Program-made: the position numbers and the translations under genes | Part shown: positions 61,001-64,000 of the stretch, piece after piece | Layout: every line of letters starts with the position of its first letter | Position numbering within the stretch: position 1 is the stretch's first letter | From: Amoebidium appalachense | Lineage: Eukaryota; Protista; Ichthyosporea | Reading direction: 5' to 3' | Length of the DNA: 64,000 bases | Assembly: GCA_963693365.1 (NCBI GenBank) | Contig: CAVNZM010000008.1 | Location: 7,450,830-7,514,829 of the forward strand | The notes under the pieces: model-generated | Told to the model about the DNA's origin: nothing | Databases searched by the model: none | The model's input: only the letters and a program-made list of their open reading frames with translations

Positions 61001-62441
61001 TTTGATAACTTCGTTACTTCGTTTTGTTTTCGTGTTGCATTCATTTCGTATTTCCTCTATGCATTCGTTTGTCGTTAATTCTTTATTTCATTGTGTATTC
61101 GTGATGGTTCGTTTTTCGTTGGTTCATTGCTTCGTTAGCAATTCTTTATTCGTTTGTTCGTGTATTCGTTGTTTCGTTGTGTATTCGTTTTTCTTCACAT
61201 TTTTTTTGTGTCGTAGCAAAAGCCGTTTTACATGCTTTCAATTCTTTCCGTGTAGGTGGGCTGGCCACTTCAAACTTGTCGGTGTATATATTCTAAGTCG
61301 GACAAGGAAAGATGTACCTATCATCGTGGTAAAAAGGATTTGTGATCGGCCATGGCAGATTCTTGGGGTAATTGAAAGATGTGAGATTCTTGTGCTGATT
61401 GAAAGATGTGAGATTCGAAGGATGCGAGATTCTTGAACTGCGCGGTCGCCAATTTAAACAGTTGGACTAGTTAGGATAAGGCAGAGTACAACTGAATCAA
61501 AATAAAGACAGAGAACGGGTAGAAAGGCACACGCGGCCAAGTTGCGTTTACTATGGGCCGACTCAGTCTGTCTCAGACTTCACTGATGTGATCCCCGTAC
61601 TGGGACGGCTTTCTTATATAGCCCCCAGGTTTCGGATCAAGGCCCAGGATTGGTTCATCCGCGGCCAGCGCGGGTGGCAACATGCCATTCGTGATTCTGG
61701 TGCGGTCCGAGCCAGTCAGACCTTCGTCCTATTTATGCAAACCTCTTATTGGTTCACTTCGTTTATGTGGTATGAAGCGGAAGAACCATATATGGTTCAA
61801 TTCTTAGGTCAGAGTGAGTCCTATTGGTGCGGACATAATATTTATGTGATATTCATGACAAAGCACGAATCGTGTGCTAGTAGATCACATTCTTTAGTAA
61901 ACATGTACAGTTCATGTGTACAGTTGTTTACACTCAGTGCCCAACCGGCACATGCCCGTGTGCTCCAGAGCGCACTTTGTAATTTCCCATTTCCCAGTGC
62001 TCTCGCCATTGACCGACGTAGGTTTCGCGATAACTGACCACTTACAACGGTGATCCTTCTGTACTGATTTTGATCCATATATGCAACCAAACTGAACCAT
62101 TTCGCGCCCCTCCTTGGTTTCTGTGTGTGGTTTTACGGCAAAAACCAGGCTCGGATTGGTGGGATGTAGAGCATGAGTTTTCACATGTCGCTCAAAACTG
62201 GGTAGGTCGTTGAACTCCTGATTGAGGTACAAAACACTCTGGTCTATTGGGACAGCGTATGTCTGCGGTGCACGTGTAAGAGGTTCTTCGCCATCCTCAG
62301 ACTCAGAGTCCCACACAGTTTGAAGCACGTCTTCCCCTATGTGTAAGGACCCGAGTTAGCACATTTGCACAACTACAAAAAAAAAAAACGTGCACAACCT
62401 GCTGCCTTTTTAGACTGACCAAAAGTCGCGTTGGGTGCCAT
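58022..62441 (-). pseudogene. MuDR/FAR1 (WRKY-GCM1-type zinc finger) domain gene disrupted by the LTR insertion
   Basis: Exon 62441-62399, a 62-nt intron, then an exon from 62336: ...EFNDLPSFERHVKTHA...FAV...FGC...RCKWSVIAK...WEITKCALEHTGMC. Removing the element and one TSD gives in-frame ...RLGTE|STIALSAKLRQSG...AALLR to a GT donor at 58202. Confidence 0.75.
58345..61932 (-). mobile_element. Non-autonomous LTR retrotransposon (probably Ty3/Gypsy-derived), 3588 bp
   Basis: 480-bp LTRs at 58345-58824 and 61453-61932 (two differences seen by eye), TGTAAACA...TGTTTACA termini, CTCAG TSD (58340-44, 61933-37), PBS TGGCGACCGCG next to 61453, and a polypurine tract (rc of CTCCCCCCTT) next to 58824. 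The 2.6-kb interior has no long ORF. Confidence 0.95.
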
Positions 62442-62559
62442 ATTGTTGCTACTAGTTGGGACGAAACGGTACACTGGTTTCACGTACACCACAAAGTCTG
62501 CGCGCCACTGCCATGTTGTGAGAACGACCGTCTGCTGAGTGGCTTACGTTGGCGCCTGA

Positions 62560-63290
62560 AATAAGGTGTACCAATCATTTGCAAGAGTTTGGACTATGTT
62601 CATTGGTTGTAGCTCAGGTGTAAGTGTAGGCGGCGGGCTAGGTAAGAACCGGTTCGGTTCAGAAGTGAAACTGTTCAGGTGACCCGATAATTCTGGGTCG
62701 AATCAAAGAAATTCTCAAATTTGTTCGGGTCAAAACTCAAAATGATCATCTTCCTTACGTTGCAAAAAATACGTAAGCTATCACCTTTCGTTGATTCGTC
62801 ATAAGTCATGCATAATCAAAAACGCTGTTAAATGCTTGTGATTGGCTGAGGTGAAGACGTAAGGGCAATGATTGGCCGTGAAGAGAGCACTTTTAAAGAT
62901 TGAGATAAAATGGTTTTAAAATGTATATCACATTTGTAGATTGCCGTGACGCATAGTTTAGAATATAGAAAAGAGTCACCTCTTTGTTTTAAACCCTGTT
63001 ATAACCTCACAATACTACTGGATGGTGTCATACACCCAGGTGTTCCACTGGACCTGTGTGAACGGCTCGCCGCCGGGGGCTCGTCGGCCGTTGGTATGCG
63101 GTCAAATTCCTCGTATCAGTTCAACGATCTGTGTGATTAGACCTGGCCGGGCCCATCGCCACCCCGACGAGCCTGTCGGCCATAAAATGAGGTGTCGATT
63201 TCCATCCCGTCAGGGCTCGTCGCCAGTTAACGCTGATTGGCTAAAAGTTTTGGCGCGCTTAACATTGATTGGCTGTTTTTGGCGGCAGAG
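62560..63290. promoter_or_regulatory. Divergent intergenic region with multiple CCAAT boxes
   Basis: CCAATCA at 62571 and ATTGG at ~62603, 62841, 62871, 63236 and 63268, between ATGs at 62441 (-) and 63377 (+). Confidence 0.4.
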
Positions 63291-63376
63291 TTCACGCAGC
63301 CTTCATAAAGCAGCGACGCTGGCGGTTGAGGTCAGTTTGCATCGCCCGTTTTTCCAAATAACACGACACCGCAAAC

Positions 63377-63607
63377 ATGAGTCAGCCTCAGTACACTGCA
63401 CCCCAGCTTCGTGCCATTATTACGAGCGCAGCTGGGTATGACGGTTGGGTGGAGGAGCTGGCCCGTCTGGCTCGTGACCATGGCCTCTTTGACGGTCTGG
63501 TGGATGAGAATGGGCTCCCCCGGCGTGCTAGGTTGGAGGGGTGGCACAACGAGCTTCAAACCTACACTAATGAGCAGCGCTTGGACTTGAACGAGTCCCT
63601 CAGGAAG
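63377..63607 (+). CDS. First coding exon of an unknown gene (continues beyond the window)
   Basis: AAACATG context, 77 codons of natural helical-looking sequence (MSQPQYTAPQLRAII...LNESLRK), ending at AAG|gtacga and followed by a typical poly-C intron. Confidence 0.6.
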
Positions 63608-64000
63608 GTACGAGGAATGTTATAGCAGGACCCAGCCCCTCCCCCCTTTTTTCTCCATTGAGGCCCCCCCCCCCCACCCTTCCCCTATCCCCCCTTCCCC
63701 CCCCTTCCCCCATTACACACACACCCCGTTCTTTATGGGTTTTCTGTTTGAATGTTTTTTTCGTTTTTGGTTTTGGCTTTATTGCTCCTTTGTTTCTCAC
63801 TCTTTTTTAACTCTACTCAACTACAACACGCACGACAAACAGGTGCTGCATGTCCCGTTTCCCATCGTTCCACCCTTTTGTACCTTGGCCCCCTTTCCCC
63901 CTCCTCCCCCTCCCCCCTTTTTCTACCTTTTTGACACACCCTCCCTTCGTCCGTCCCTCCCCACCCTCTCGTTCCCCTTCCCAAACAACTCCTACCCCAC

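Overview
Eukaryotic nuclear DNA with GT-AG spliceosomal introns packed with (CA/TG)n, (GA/CT)n and poly-G/poly-C tracts, so most long ORFs in the track are microsatellite artefacts. Manual splicing gives four well-supported genes: an 8-exon p24/TMED2-like cargo receptor (+), a secreted Ala/Pro-rich protein (+, with an apparent 1-nt frameshift), an 18-exon COG3044/PF09818-type 'ABC-class' ATPase with an RGG N-terminus (-) and a PH-domain tyrosine kinase (-). Weaker calls are a small Cys/Trp-rich spliced gene and the first exon of an unknown gene at the right edge. A tyrosine kinase together with this ATPase suggests a non-animal holozoan (inference only). Mobile DNA includes a TA-flanked fold-back MITE, a hAT-like element carrying a Copia LTR plus gag, a dead 5'-truncated LINE, and a young non-autonomous LTR element (480-bp LTRs, CTCAG TSD) that splits a MuDR/FAR1-type zinc-finger gene. 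The most unusual signal is a family of intronic, host-sense repeats with a covarying RNA structure whose 3'-anchored copies end at ...GCATTCAA next to poly-C tracts.
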